Assembly (NCBI GenBank): GCA_963838925.1
Contig: CAWISW010000003.1
Span: 416,001-480,000, forward strand
Origin: an uncultured Nitrososphaerota archaeon
GTDB lineage: Archaea; Thermoproteota; Nitrososphaeria; Nitrososphaerales; Gagatemarchaeaceae
Reading direction: 5' to 3'
DNA length: 64,000 bases
The position numbers and the translations under genes were made by a program. This document shows positions 38,695 to 48,201 of this stretch, piece after piece. Position 1 is the stretch's first letter; every line of letters starts with the position of its first letter. The notes under the pieces are model-generated. The model had not been told where the DNA came from, did no database searches, and saw only the letters and a program-made list of their open reading frames with translations.

Positions 38695-40010
38695 CGCTTC
38701 CTGAACCTCGCCTGCGCCGACAGGAAGTGGTTCGGCAGGCCCTCGGCCGTCGCGAGCTCCTTGAGCGACGGGAGCAGCTCCCTCAGGCCCTGCTTCGTGC
38801 CGCTCACGACCCAGCTCACCTTCACAAAGTCTAGGGCGGTCAGCCCCGCGCGGAGCCTCGCCACCCCCTCGGTGGGGAGCACGTGGTCAGTCCCGATGAC
38901 GTAATCGCTCGCCGCACCGGGCGCGTACGCGCCGGTCAGGATCAGCCCTGCGTTGGAGATCGACTCGGAGATCGACGGGTCCTCGACCATCAGCTCGAGG
39001 TGCTCCGGCGCCAGCGAGTTCACCAGCTCTATCGCGGTTTCCCGGTCCTTGCAGAGGGCTGTGAACCCGCGCCTCAGGCATCCGAGCACGAAGTCCTTCC
39101 TCTCAAGAGTGGGCGAGACCTGCTCGACGACCCTCCTGACGTCCTTCGCCAGCTTCGCGTCCCAGGTGACGAGGCCGCAGAGGCTGTCTTGTCCGTGCTC
39201 GGCCTGGGCCATGAGGTCCCACGCCGCGAGCCGCGCGTCCGCGTCGCCGTCCCCCACCACCACCATCTCAGTCGGCCCCGCGAGGAAGTCGATCGGGACG
39301 TCTGCGGATACGATCTTCTTCGCCGCCGAGACGTACAGGCCGCCGGGGCCCACTATCTTCGAGACCTTGGAGATGCTCTTGGTGCCGTACGCGAGCGCGG
39401 CGATCGACTGCGCGCCCCCTACCCGGTAGACCTCGTCGACGCCGCACAGCTTGGCGGCCGCCAGGATTGCGTCGCTGACCCTCGCTCCCTTCCCGTCCAT
39501 CCCGCCCGAAGGAGGAGAGCAGAGCACGACCCTCTTGACGCCCGCGAGCTTGGCGACCCCGGCGGTCATCAGAACGGTGCTGGCATACGACGCCCTCCCG
39601 CCGGGGATGTAGCAGCCCACCGAGTCGAGCGGCCGCGCGACGCAGCGGATCGCGTACCCGTCGGACACGTATGAGAACTGGAGCCTCCCCAGGAGCTGCC
39701 CCTGAGTCCTCTGGATGCGCTTGAGTGAGAACCGCATCGCGTCCAGGAGCTTGGGGCTCACCCTCCTGGAGGCCGCCTCGATCTCCTCCTTCGAGACCGC
39801 CAGCTCGCCGCCGCTGAGCGCCACGCCTTCCAGCTCCTCGGAGTAGCGAAGGAGCGCCGCGTCCCCCTTCTCCTTCACGGTCCGGACTATCCTCTCGGCT
39901 CCCTTGATTGCGGCTGACAGGCCGTCCGGCCTCGCCCTGATCCTCTCGGCTATCTTCTTGGCGTCTGTTTTCTTGTCGACTCGAATCAGGGGGAGTAGCT
40001 CGCTACTCAT
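38691..40010 (-). CDS. hisD: Histidinol dehydrogenase
   Basis: YIPGG, GGAQSIAALAYG, AGPTE, QAEH, APEHLE. Confidence 0.96.
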   Translation of the reverse strand: MSSELLPLIRVDKKTDAKKIAERIRARPDGLSAAIKGAERIVRTVKEKGDAALLRYSEELEGVALSGGELAVSKEEIEAASRRVSPKLLDAMRFSLKRIQRTQGQLLGRLQFSYVSDGYAIRCVARPLDSVGCYIPGGRASYASTVLMTAGVAKLAGVKRVVLCSPPSGGMDGKGARVSDAILAAAKLCGVDEVYRVGGAQSIAALAYGTKSISKVSKIVGPGGLYVSAAKKIVSADVPIDFLAGPTEMVVVGDGDADARLAAWDLMAQAEHGQDSLCGLVTWDAKLAKDVRRVVEQVSPTLERKDFVLGCLRRGFTALCKDRETAIELVNSLAPEHLELMVEDPSISESISNAGLILTGAYAPGAASDYVIGTDHVLPTEGVARLRAGLTALDFVKVSWVVSGTKQGLRELLPSLKELATAEGLPNHFLSAQARFRKR

Positions 40011-40986
40011 TCCCTTCCCCGAACTCCTCGAGCGAGAGGATGTTCTGCGGCTCATGGATCACCAGGCCCTGAGCCAGCTTCTTCAAGGTGGGGAGCATGG
40101 CGTGCAGGTCCTTCTTGCTGATCACGGTGTTGACGTCGTACCACCCCTTCTCGGACAGAGGGCTGATCGTAGGGCGCTTGAGGGCTGGGAGCTGCTTGAG
40201 GAGCTTGTCGAGGTTCTTCTCCCTGACGTTCACGAAGATGTGCAGCCGCTTCTGGCCCTCGACGACTCCGCTCAGCATTATCTTGAGGTCGTAGATCTTC
40301 TCCCTCTTCCAGGGGTCCTTCACCGCCTCCTTGTTCGCCACCAGGCGCGCGGTCGACCTCATGAGCGTCCCGATCTGCTTGAGGTTGTTCTGCTCCAGCG
40401 TCGTCCCGGTCTCGGTGACGTCCACGATCATGTCGACTATCTCCGGCGGCTTCGCCTCCGTCGCGCCGAACGAGAGGTAGACCGCGGCCTTCGGGTTGTC
40501 TCCCTTCCGCCACCAGGGCGTGATTATCATCGGCTCCTTCTTGCCGAACCGCTTCTTGTACGCGGGCTGCGCCTTTAGGTAGTCGGCGGTGATGTTGAGG
40601 TACTCCGCGGAGACCCGGAACTCCTCGCCCTTGCTCCAGAAGCTCTCCATCAGCTCGTTCACGGTGTCGTATGGCTGCGACTTTGGTGTCGCAGCGACCA
40701 GCTTCACGCCGCCGAACTCGAGGTCCAGAACCTCGTCGACCCTGGCTCCAGTCTCCGTGATCCAGTCGATGCCGGTGATGCCGACGTCCTGGATCCCGTC
40801 CGCGACGTAGAGGGGGATCTCCTGCGGCCTTAGGACCCTGAGCTCGACGTCGGGGTCGCCGAACGCGGGACGGTAGCTCCTGTCCTGGCCAGAGATCTTG
40901 TAGTAGGCCTTCTGGAAGATCTCGATGCTCTTCTGGCCGAGGTGACCGTTGGGGATTGTAAGCTTCAGCTTCTTGCTGCTAGGCAT
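40003..40986 (-). CDS. hisG: ATP phosphoribosyltransferase, long form
   Basis: LRPQEIP, DVGITG, SFGATE, DVTETGTTL, PTISPL. Confidence 0.95.
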   Translation of the reverse strand: MPSSKKLKLTIPNGHLGQKSIEIFQKAYYKISGQDRSYRPAFGDPDVELRVLRPQEIPLYVADGIQDVGITGIDWITETGARVDEVLDLEFGGVKLVAATPKSQPYDTVNELMESFWSKGEEFRVSAEYLNITADYLKAQPAYKKRFGKKEPMIITPWWRKGDNPKAAVYLSFGATEAKPPEIVDMIVDVTETGTTLEQNNLKQIGTLMRSTARLVANKEAVKDPWKREKIYDLKIMLSGVVEGQKRLHIFVNVREKNLDKLLKQLPALKRPTISPLSEKGWYDVNTVISKKDLHAMLPTLKKLAQGLVIHEPQNILSLEEFGEGNE

Positions 40987-41201
40987 TTGGCGACCACCCT
41001 CCACTTCCCAGAACGGGAGTAGAAATTCTTGAGCCTTCGGAAGATGCTTTGAAGAAGCTTACGCGTGAGCTGAGAAGGTTACTGATGAACAGAACCAGCT
41101 CCAGTCGCCGTGAACTGAATCGCCTTCCATTTGCTCCACTTGGATTTTCCGGTCCCAGAATATTATTTAAGGGTTTTTCGATGTCTTCGGGGTTTCTCGT
41201 C

Positions 41202-41636
41202 TCAGGCGGGCTGCAGCAAGGTCGACAGTGGGACCGAGACGTCGCTTTCCAGGTGGGAGATGTGGACAAGCGTGCCGTCCTTCGCCTTGACCATGTGACG
41301 CGTGGTCTTCGGAGGTAACTTTGGCCCCTCAATCGCGGCCCTGATGACGACATCCTTCGGGACGTGCGACTTTCGGTCCTTTGAGAGGACGACCACGTCC
41401 TCGTCCGAATAGTCCACCAGCCAGGCAGGCGCACGCACGGCGCCCAACATCCGCAGCGCGCTCAGCCTGTGGACGCCGTCCAGAACCACCATGGTGTTGG
41501 AGTCCACGATGATCGCCTTCTTCACCACCCCGTTGGACTGCATCTGCCTCATCACCCTCCGCACCCGGTCTGGCTCGGACTCCTCGTGGGTCTTGAGGTC
41601 GGCGATCGGCACGAGCGCGAAGCGGACTGAGACCAA
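41202..41636 (-). CDS. ParB/Srx-like domain protein
   Basis: LKTHEE, VLDGVHR, LPPKTTRH. Confidence 0.8.
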   Translation of the reverse strand: MVSVRFALVPIADLKTHEESEPDRVRRVMRQMQSNGVVKKAIIVDSNTMVVLDGVHRLSALRMLGAVRAPAWLVDYSDEDVVVLSKDRKSHVPKDVVIRAAIEGPKLPPKTTRHMVKAKDGTLVHISHLESDVSVPLSTLLQPA

Positions 41637-41751
41637 ATCGGAACTCTCTTCGAAAGCGTGACGGCCGACGTGATATAAGCCATCGTCAGCCTTCAGGACC
41701 GTTCGGCATTCAATCCAAGACTTATTACCGGCTCGCCCCGACCGAAATTTC

Positions 41752-41860
41752 GGGCCAGTCGTCTAGCTCGGTTAGGACGTCAGAGAAATCCGTTAAGCCC
41801 TTACACGGCGAAAGAATATGGATTCCGCCACGGTCCCCAGTTCAAATCTGGGCTGGCCCA
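41752..41860 (+). tRNA. trnV: tRNA-Val(TAC) with introns at 28/29 (41782-41796) and 44/45 (41813-41831)
   Basis: Removing both BHB-flanked inserts gives TCGCC-CTTACAC-GGCGA, AGGTC and CCCAG-TTCAAAT-CTGGG. Confidence 0.9.
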
Positions 41861-41983
41861 TATCCGTCTCTCTAGATGGAATCTTGACGCACGACAGGAC
41901 GGGAGACGGTGTGCAAGTAAATTTCCGAGCCGGCGAATTGGTCCGACGAATCATTATTAGGGCAACCGTCTTTCACTTCAACA

Positions 41984-43258
41984 GTGACCAACTTCCTCTT
42001 CGTCTCGGACGAGGCGCTCTCGACCGACCTCGCTTGGCAGCTGACGAAGGCAGGGCACAAGGTGAAGCTGTTCACGAAGAGCCAGAGCGAGAAGGACGTC
42101 GGGGATGGCTTCGTCGAAAAGGTCGACGCCTGGGAGCCCCTAAAGGAGTGGGCAGATGTCATCGTCTTTGATGACATCGGCTTCGGCGAGCTTGCGGAGA
42201 AGCTAAGGATTGAGGGGAAGTTTGTCGTCGGAGGCTCCGTCTACACCGACAAGCTTGAGAACGACAGGGAGTTCGGACAGAAGGAGCTGACCGACGCGGG
42301 GGTCAACACACTCGACAGTTGGAACTTCACCTCGTTTGACGACGCTATAGATTTCGTGAAGAAGAACCCGGACCGGTACGTCATCAAGCCGAGCGGGAAC
42401 GCCCAGAACGAGAAGGAGCTCTTGTTCGTCGGGCAGGAGGCGGACGGTAGGGACGTCGAGCAGGTCCTCGTGCACTATAAGCTCAAGTGGTCCAACAAGA
42501 TCAAGTTCTTCCAAATCCAAAAGTACGAGACCGGGGTCGAAGTAGGGATTGGGGCGTTCTTCAACGGGAAGAACTTCGTGTACCCCATCAACATCAACTT
42601 CGAGCACAAGCGCCTCTTTCCAAAGAACATCGGACCATCAACAGGCGAGATGGGAAGCAGTATGTACTGGACCAAGGACAGCCCTCTCTTCGTGAGCACG
42701 CTCCTGAAGACGAAGGAGAGGCTCGCCGAGTCCAAGTATGTGGGATACATTGACCTGAACTGCATCGCCAACAGCAAGGGCATATTTCCGCTTGAGTGGA
42801 CGTCGCGCTTCGGATATCCGACAATCAGCATCCAGATGGAGGGGGTGACGAGCGAGTGGGGCGCGTTCCTCTCCGACATAGCCCAAGGGAAGGACGCCCA
42901 GCTCAAGACGAAGAAGGGCTACCAGGTCGGCGTCGTCGTCGCGATACCCCCCTTCCCCTTCGAGGACGACAAGGCGTTTAGAAAATACTCTGAAGACGCC
43001 ACGATTCTCTTCAAGAAGCCGCACCTGAGCGGCGTCCACATCGGCGAGGTGAAGCTCGTGGACGGAGACTGGCACGTGGCCGGGAAGTCTGGGTACTCGC
43101 TCGTGATCACCGGCTCCGGTCCTTCGATGCAGGACGCGATCAACGACGCATACCAGGCCGTGAGCAACGTCATGATCCCCAACATGTTCTACCGCGACGA
43201 CATCGGGCAGCGCTGGTTCAGGGACGTCGACATGCTGCTGAGCTGGGGCTACCTGTAA
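41984..43258 (+). CDS. PurD-like ATP-grasp ligase (phosphoribosylamine-glycine ligase family)
   Basis: YVIKPSG, FEHKRLF..NIGPSTGEMG, LEWTSRFGYP, YRDDIG. Confidence 0.8.
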   Translation: MTNFLFVSDEALSTDLAWQLTKAGHKVKLFTKSQSEKDVGDGFVEKVDAWEPLKEWADVIVFDDIGFGELAEKLRIEGKFVVGGSVYTDKLENDREFGQKELTDAGVNTLDSWNFTSFDDAIDFVKKNPDRYVIKPSGNAQNEKELLFVGQEADGRDVEQVLVHYKLKWSNKIKFFQIQKYETGVEVGIGAFFNGKNFVYPININFEHKRLFPKNIGPSTGEMGSSMYWTKDSPLFVSTLLKTKERLAESKYVGYIDLNCIANSKGIFPLEWTSRFGYPTISIQMEGVTSEWGAFLSDIAQGKDAQLKTKKGYQVGVVVAIPPFPFEDDKAFRKYSEDATILFKKPHLSGVHIGEVKLVDGDWHVAGKSGYSLVITGSGPSMQDAINDAYQAVSNVMIPNMFYRDDIGQRWFRDVDMLLSWGYL

Positions 43259-43331
43259 CAGATTCGGCGTCTGAATCGGCTCTACCAAGGGTTAATAGGT
43301 CACGAACGCCCCTCAACCTCGAGAACCAGGC

Positions 43332-43541
43332 ATGGGAAGCAACTACCTTTGGAAGACGGACGACCAACTAAACCGCGTCGCGCAGGTGCGCTACGCGCAC
43401 GGCGCCGAGCTTACCGACTTGCCTGGGGTCACGGGGATCGGCATAGGGAAGGACCACATAATCGTCTATGTCTCGAGCGACACTGTCGAGGTGCCCGCCC
43501 AGATCGAGGAAGTCCCCATAATCAAGATACGTAGGATGTAG
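43332..43541 (+). CDS. Small hypothetical protein
   Basis: LPGVTGIGIG...VP.QIE.VPI; TTAATA upstream. Confidence 0.6.
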   Translation: MGSNYLWKTDDQLNRVAQVRYAHGAELTDLPGVTGIGIGKDHIIVYVSSDTVEVPAQIEEVPIIKIRRM

Positions 43542-43635
43542 AAGCTGACTTCGGCTTCAATCACACATACGTTTAATTAGCTTGGGTGAGGCGGACCCCT
43601 CACTGAGGAACTTGCAGTAGGATGGGTGAAATGTA

Positions 43636-44016
43636 ATGAGTTATGGAAATCGTAGTGGAGGAAGGGGAGGCTACGGCAGTAGCAGAGGCGGTGGCTACGG
43701 CAGCGGCGGCGGAGGAGGTGGCGGAAGAAGCAGCAGCGGCGGCTTCGGCAGCTCTTTCAAACCAAAGCCAGTTGAGGTCGGTAAGGAGTACGACGTTACA
43801 ATCTCCGACACCAGCAGGCGAGGAGAGGGCATTGCCAAGATCGACGGCTTCGTCATCTTCGTCGCAGGCGCGAAGCAGGGCCAGAGCGCAAGGATCAAGG
43901 TCACCCGAGTCACTGACCGTTTCGCGACCGGTGAGGTCGTGTCCGGAGCAGGCGCGGGTGCAGCTGAGGCGACCTCCGAATCTGCAGACAGCGGCGACGA
44001 GCAGCCACAAGCGTAA
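43636..44016 (+). CDS. Single-TRAM-domain RNA-binding protein with Gly-rich N-terminus
   Basis: PKPVEVGKEYDVTI...GEGIAKIDGFVIFV. Confidence 0.92.
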   Translation: MSYGNRSGGRGGYGSSRGGGYGSGGGGGGGRSSSGGFGSSFKPKPVEVGKEYDVTISDTSRRGEGIAKIDGFVIFVAGAKQGQSARIKVTRVTDRFATGEVVSGAGAGAAEATSESADSGDEQPQA

Positions 44017-44290
44017 GAGCTAGGCTTCTCAAAACCCATCCTGGTTGCCCTTTGGGGCGCCAGGCACCTACTTTTTGTTAGACAGCCGACGGGAAGTGAT
44101 TTCAAATTTCCTGGGCTGGCTCCTTCTTTGCGAGCTATGGCTTGGAAGTCCTTAAGTGAGGGACATGGAGGGCGGACATTCATACCTCAACGTGAAGTGA
44201 CTCGTTTGTGCTGCACTCCCGCGTAAATCCCAGAAACCCCGACTCTCAGCCCGTTCTCCGAAGCACCATTCCCTCGGCAGGCTCCTTGCC

Positions 44291-45013
44291 ATGACCGCGA
44301 CTCCGGAGAGGGGAGCAATCGCCTTCGACTCCGTTACCAAAGCGTACTCCGCGAAAGACGAGACCGTGAAGGCCCTCGACTCCGTGTCTTTCAGTGTCGA
44401 GAAGGGAGGAATCGTGGCGGTCGTAGGACCATCTGGGAGCGGCAAGACGACCCTGCTCAACATGGCGGCAGCGCTTGACTTCCCGAGCCAGGGCACAGTG
44501 ATGGTGAACGGCGCCGTGACGTCGGCCCTCTCGAAGGACGACCTTCAGAAGTTCAGGAACGAGACCGTGGGCGTCGTCTTCCAGCAGTTCTTCCTGATAG
44601 GGCACCTGACCTTGTTCCAGAACGTCATGGTCCCGCTGATACCTCGGCACATCCCTTCTGCAGAGAAGGAGAAGAAGATCCTCGATGCGATAGCCAAGGT
44701 AGGCCTCGCGGGGAAGGCGGAGAGGCTCCCCTCGGAGCTCTCCGGCGGGGAGCTCCAGCGGGCGGCGATAGCACGAGGGCTGGTCGGGGACGCTCCGGTT
44801 ATCCTCGCCGACGAGCCCACGGGCAACCTGGACCACAAGAAGGGCGCCGAGATCATGGACATACTGGACGAAGAGAGCAGGGTCAGGGGCAAGACGATAC
44901 TGATAGCGACGCACGACCTCCGGATTGTGGACAGGGTGGACGGCATAGTCTATCTGGAGGACGGTGCGATTACAAAGATCGAGGGGAGGCGGGTCCAGAG
45001 GAATGGCGCGTAG
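44291..45013 (+). CDS. ABC ATPase, LolD/MacB-like
   Basis: GPSGSGKT, LSGGELQR, ADEPTGNLD, ATHD. Confidence 0.93.
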   Translation: MTATPERGAIAFDSVTKAYSAKDETVKALDSVSFSVEKGGIVAVVGPSGSGKTTLLNMAAALDFPSQGTVMVNGAVTSALSKDDLQKFRNETVGVVFQQFFLIGHLTLFQNVMVPLIPRHIPSAEKEKKILDAIAKVGLAGKAERLPSELSGGELQRAAIARGLVGDAPVILADEPTGNLDHKKGAEIMDILDEESRVRGKTILIATHDLRIVDRVDGIVYLEDGAITKIEGRRVQRNGA

Positions 45014-45518
45014 GCGCAGGCCGCTGCGCGCGGTCTCCCTGGTATTCGCCGGGTTCGTGACGCTGGTCCTGCTTTCTCAGCTCTCAGCATACTTCTTCGC
45101 CCAGGCCATCCCGAAGCACCTCCTCGCCAAGAACGCCGCAGAGCTCCTCCAGATTCAGAGGACCTCCACGGAGCTGGCCTTCGCGGCCGCCGCCATGGGG
45201 CTGATATTCAGCGGCGCGGTCCTCCTCATAACCAGGAGCAGGGTGGCGGCCGACGTTGACATCTACCGGGCCACAGGGCTCCCGCTCTCCTCGGCGTTCC
45301 TCCGCCTCCTCAGGTCTCACTCCGTCGTCCCCCTCGAGTGGGTGACGGGGGCAGCAGCGGTCACAGCCCTGATAGACCTCGACTACGGCCTCAACGCGCT
45401 CATCCCGATGGGGCTGGCCGTCGCCTTCGCGACCCTGCTGGTGGTCTGGCTGGCGTTCCTCACCTCGGTCTCCTTCTCCCAGAAGGGCGTCGAGGGAAGG
45501 TCAGCGAGGGCGGGGTGA
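45003..45518 (+). CDS. Short FtsX-like permease subunit
   Basis: Four hydrophobic segments, DVDIYRATG. Confidence 0.55.
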   Translation: MARRRRPLRAVSLVFAGFVTLVLLSQLSAYFFAQAIPKHLLAKNAAELLQIQRTSTELAFAAAAMGLIFSGAVLLITRSRVAADVDIYRATGLPLSSAFLRLLRSHSVVPLEWVTGAAAVTALIDLDYGLNALIPMGLAVAFATLLVVWLAFLTSVSFSQKGVEGRSARAG

Positions 45519-45524
45519 GCTCGA

Positions 45525-46064
45525 ATGGCATCGAAGGTCCAAGGCCTCCTGCGGATGGAGCTGGCGGCGCACGCTCCCACGATCATAGTGAGCTCCGTTG
45601 CGATGGCGTTCGCAGGATACCTGGCGACGTTCTTCGAGGACGCGTCTTGGATCGCCGCCGAGGCCTCCGGGACGACCTCCCCGACCTTCGCCCCGTCTGC
45701 GATCCTCGTCGGGATGGCGACGCTGCCTGCCATCTTCGTCGTCCTCGGGGTCTACGCCCTGATCGACGCGAACGAGGAGGCGCTGAGATACGAGGTCGGG
45801 GTCTACTGCAGCCAGGGGATGGACGGCGATTCCGTTGTCGACGTGTGGTCCGCTCTTTACGGCTGGATTCCGGTGGGCGCCTACCTGGTCGGCCTTATGT
45901 CCTATCTCGCCTTCACTCCGGGGGTAATCGGCAACCTCCAGAACGGCCTGCCCGACATCATCAGCGGTCTCTTCTTCATCACGGGCATGGCCACCCTCAT
46001 CCTGATACCCACCAAGCTGAACGGGGTCCTTGAGAGCTCTCCGTACGCGGTCGTGAAGTCGTAG
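45525..46064 (+). CDS. Short FtsX-like permease subunit
   Basis: RYEVGVYCSQG, C-terminal SPYAVVK. Confidence 0.55.
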   Translation: MASKVQGLLRMELAAHAPTIIVSSVAMAFAGYLATFFEDASWIAAEASGTTSPTFAPSAILVGMATLPAIFVVLGVYALIDANEEALRYEVGVYCSQGMDGDSVVDVWSALYGWIPVGAYLVGLMSYLAFTPGVIGNLQNGLPDIISGLFFITGMATLILIPTKLNGVLESSPYAVVKS

Positions 46065-46176
46065 ACGCGGCCGTCCGACCTCCAACCCCCACGCTCGCGC
46101 ATCATCAATCCCTTAAATAGGACACGAAATCTCTTTATTTCTAGGACATAAGTAAATCCTAGATATGTGATTTGTT

Positions 46177-47121
46177 ATATCAAGTGCATATGCGAGAGAC
46201 CCTGGAAGACAGCGACGCTACGAGGGTGCAACCGACAAGTGCCCCCGATGCGGAAAGACTACGATGGTGACGGACAACCCCAGAGGGGAAGTGTATTGCA
46301 CCAGCTGCGGCTTTGTGATTAAGGAGAACGTGATAGAGACCGGGCCCGAATGGCGCTCGTTCTCTAACGAGGAGAAGGACGAGAGGAGCAGGACAGGCCT
46401 CCCAACCTCCGTTGCGATCCACGACATGGGGCTCGCGACGATAATCGGCGGGGAGAACAAGGACGCGGCCGGGCGGTCGCTCACCGGCGCGATGAAGTCG
46501 AGCGTCGAGCGCATGAGGACGTGGGACAGGAGGAGCCAGGTACACGAGTCCCAGGACAGGAACCTCAAGCAGGCCTTCAGCGAGCTAAGGAGGCTCTCCG
46601 AGAAGCTCTCCGTCTCCGAGGCCGTCACCGAGCGCGCCGCGTACATCTACAGGAAGGCCCTCGAGAGGAACCTCGTCAGAGGAAGGTCGATCACAGCGAT
46701 ATTAGCCGCATCCCTCTACGCCGCCTGCAGGGACAGGGAAGTCCCCAGGACGCTGAAGGACGTCGCGGCCGTCGGCTTCATCAAGAAGAAGGACCTCGCA
46801 AGGTCTTACCGGTTGCTGCTCAAGGAGATGGACATCCAGATGCCGGTCGTGGACCCGATGAAGTGCATGTCCAAGATCGCCTCTAGGGCGAACGTCAGCG
46901 GGAAGACCCAGAAGCGGGCTCGCGAGATACTACTCAGGGCTGAGCAGGCAAGGATTTCCGCGGGGAAGGACCCCATGGGCATCTCTGCCTCGGCGCTCTA
47001 CGTGGCGTGCATCCTGGAGGGTGAGAACATGACCCAGCGGGACATCGCCGACGCGGCGGGTGTCACCGAGGTCACCATCAGGAACCGGTACAAGGGCCTC
47101 AGGCTCGCTCTCGGAATCTAA
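46177..47121 (+). CDS. tfb: Transcription initiation factor IIB, inferred ATA start
   Basis: In-frame CPRCG...CTSCG Zn ribbon, GPEWRSF, two cyclin repeats, VTEVTIRNRYK. Confidence 0.93.
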   Translation: MSSAYARDPGRQRRYEGATDKCPRCGKTTMVTDNPRGEVYCTSCGFVIKENVIETGPEWRSFSNEEKDERSRTGLPTSVAIHDMGLATIIGGENKDAAGRSLTGAMKSSVERMRTWDRRSQVHESQDRNLKQAFSELRRLSEKLSVSEAVTERAAYIYRKALERNLVRGRSITAILAASLYAACRDREVPRTLKDVAAVGFIKKKDLARSYRLLLKEMDIQMPVVDPMKCMSKIASRANVSGKTQKRAREILLRAEQARISAGKDPMGISASALYVACILEGENMTQRDIADAAGVTEVTIRNRYKGLRLALGI

Positions 47122-47122
47122 A

Positions 47123-47689
47123 CTAGAACCGCTCGACCTGTCCGAGGACACCGTCATCCCCCGTCCGGCCTTCGATCACGACCGAGAGGATCCTCTCTGT
47201 CAGGCCCCAGATCACGAGGCCTCGGTGGACCAGCGAGGGGAATGCGACCTTCGCGCCGCCCTTGTCGTGAAGATACGTCGAGCGGGCCTCCTCCCGTACC
47301 AACTCCCTCAGGGATGCCCATTCGAACGAGGCCACCTCTCTGTTGGGTCTCACAAGGGAAGTCGCCGTGAGCTTGAAGACGGAGGGGACGACCGCGACCT
47401 CCCTTGTCCGGGCCTTGAACTCGCCCATGTATCCCATGAAGACCGCGGCTCCTTTCGAGAGGTCGACGCCGACCTCCTCAAGGGCCTCCCTCCTCGCGGT
47501 CTCCTCGAAGCTCCCGTCCTGGGAGCTCACCATCCCTCCGGGAAAGGCCACCTGGCCTGACCACGGGTCGCCCTCTCTCTCGGCCCTCCTGATGAGGAGG
47601 AGCTCCTCGTCGCCATCGGAGGAGACGCGGAGTATTACGGCGACTCCAGCGCTCCTTCCCGGGACGAGGCGGGCGGGGTGCTCTCGCAT
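47123..47689 (-). CDS. Nudix hydrolase, CoA pyrophosphatase-like
   Basis: WSGQVAFPGG, ARREALEEVG, IWGLT. Confidence 0.9.
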   Translation of the reverse strand: MREHPARLVPGRSAGVAVILRVSSDGDEELLLIRRAEREGDPWSGQVAFPGGMVSSQDGSFEETARREALEEVGVDLSKGAAVFMGYMGEFKARTREVAVVPSVFKLTATSLVRPNREVASFEWASLRELVREEARSTYLHDKGGAKVAFPSLVHRGLVIWGLTERILSVVIEGRTGDDGVLGQVERF

Positions 47690-47787
47690 TAGGCTTGGAA
47701 GAAGTGAGTCGAGGAAGCTCCCTGTTGTCAAGTCAGCAAAATCTCCAGAGAATCTTAAAATACGCTTTTCGCTTCAACGCAAGAGCA

Positions 47788-48192
47788 TTGTCCGATTCTG
47801 AACTTGATAAGATTCTTGCAGACAAAGCGAAGAGACTGGTTACCGAGACCTCTCAGCACGCCGCGCACGGCCACGTAGTCGAGCTGACCGAGGCGAACTT
47901 CGACAAGATCGTGAACGGCCCGAAAGTCACCCTCGTCGACTTCTGGGCGGTGTGGTGCGGCCCGTGCAGGACGATGGAGCCGGTGGTGCAGCGCCTCGCC
48001 GCCAAGCTGGGCGGGCACGTGAACTTCGGGAAGCTCAACGTCGACGCGCACCCATCGATTGCCACAAAGTTCGAGGTCCAGTCAATCCCGACGTTCATGA
48101 TCTTCAGGAACGGGAGGCCGGTCGACGCGGTCATCGGGACCATGCAGGAGGCACCTCTAGAGCAGCGCATCAGAAAGGCCGCAGGCGGCTAG
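47788..48192 (+). CDS. trxA: Thioredoxin
   Basis: DFWAVWCGPC, SIPT. Confidence 0.93.
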   Translation: MSDSELDKILADKAKRLVTETSQHAAHGHVVELTEANFDKIVNGPKVTLVDFWAVWCGPCRTMEPVVQRLAAKLGGHVNFGKLNVDAHPSIATKFEVQSIPTFMIFRNGRPVDAVIGTMQEAPLEQRIRKAAGG

Positions 48193-48201
48193 GCGCCCAG
48201 A

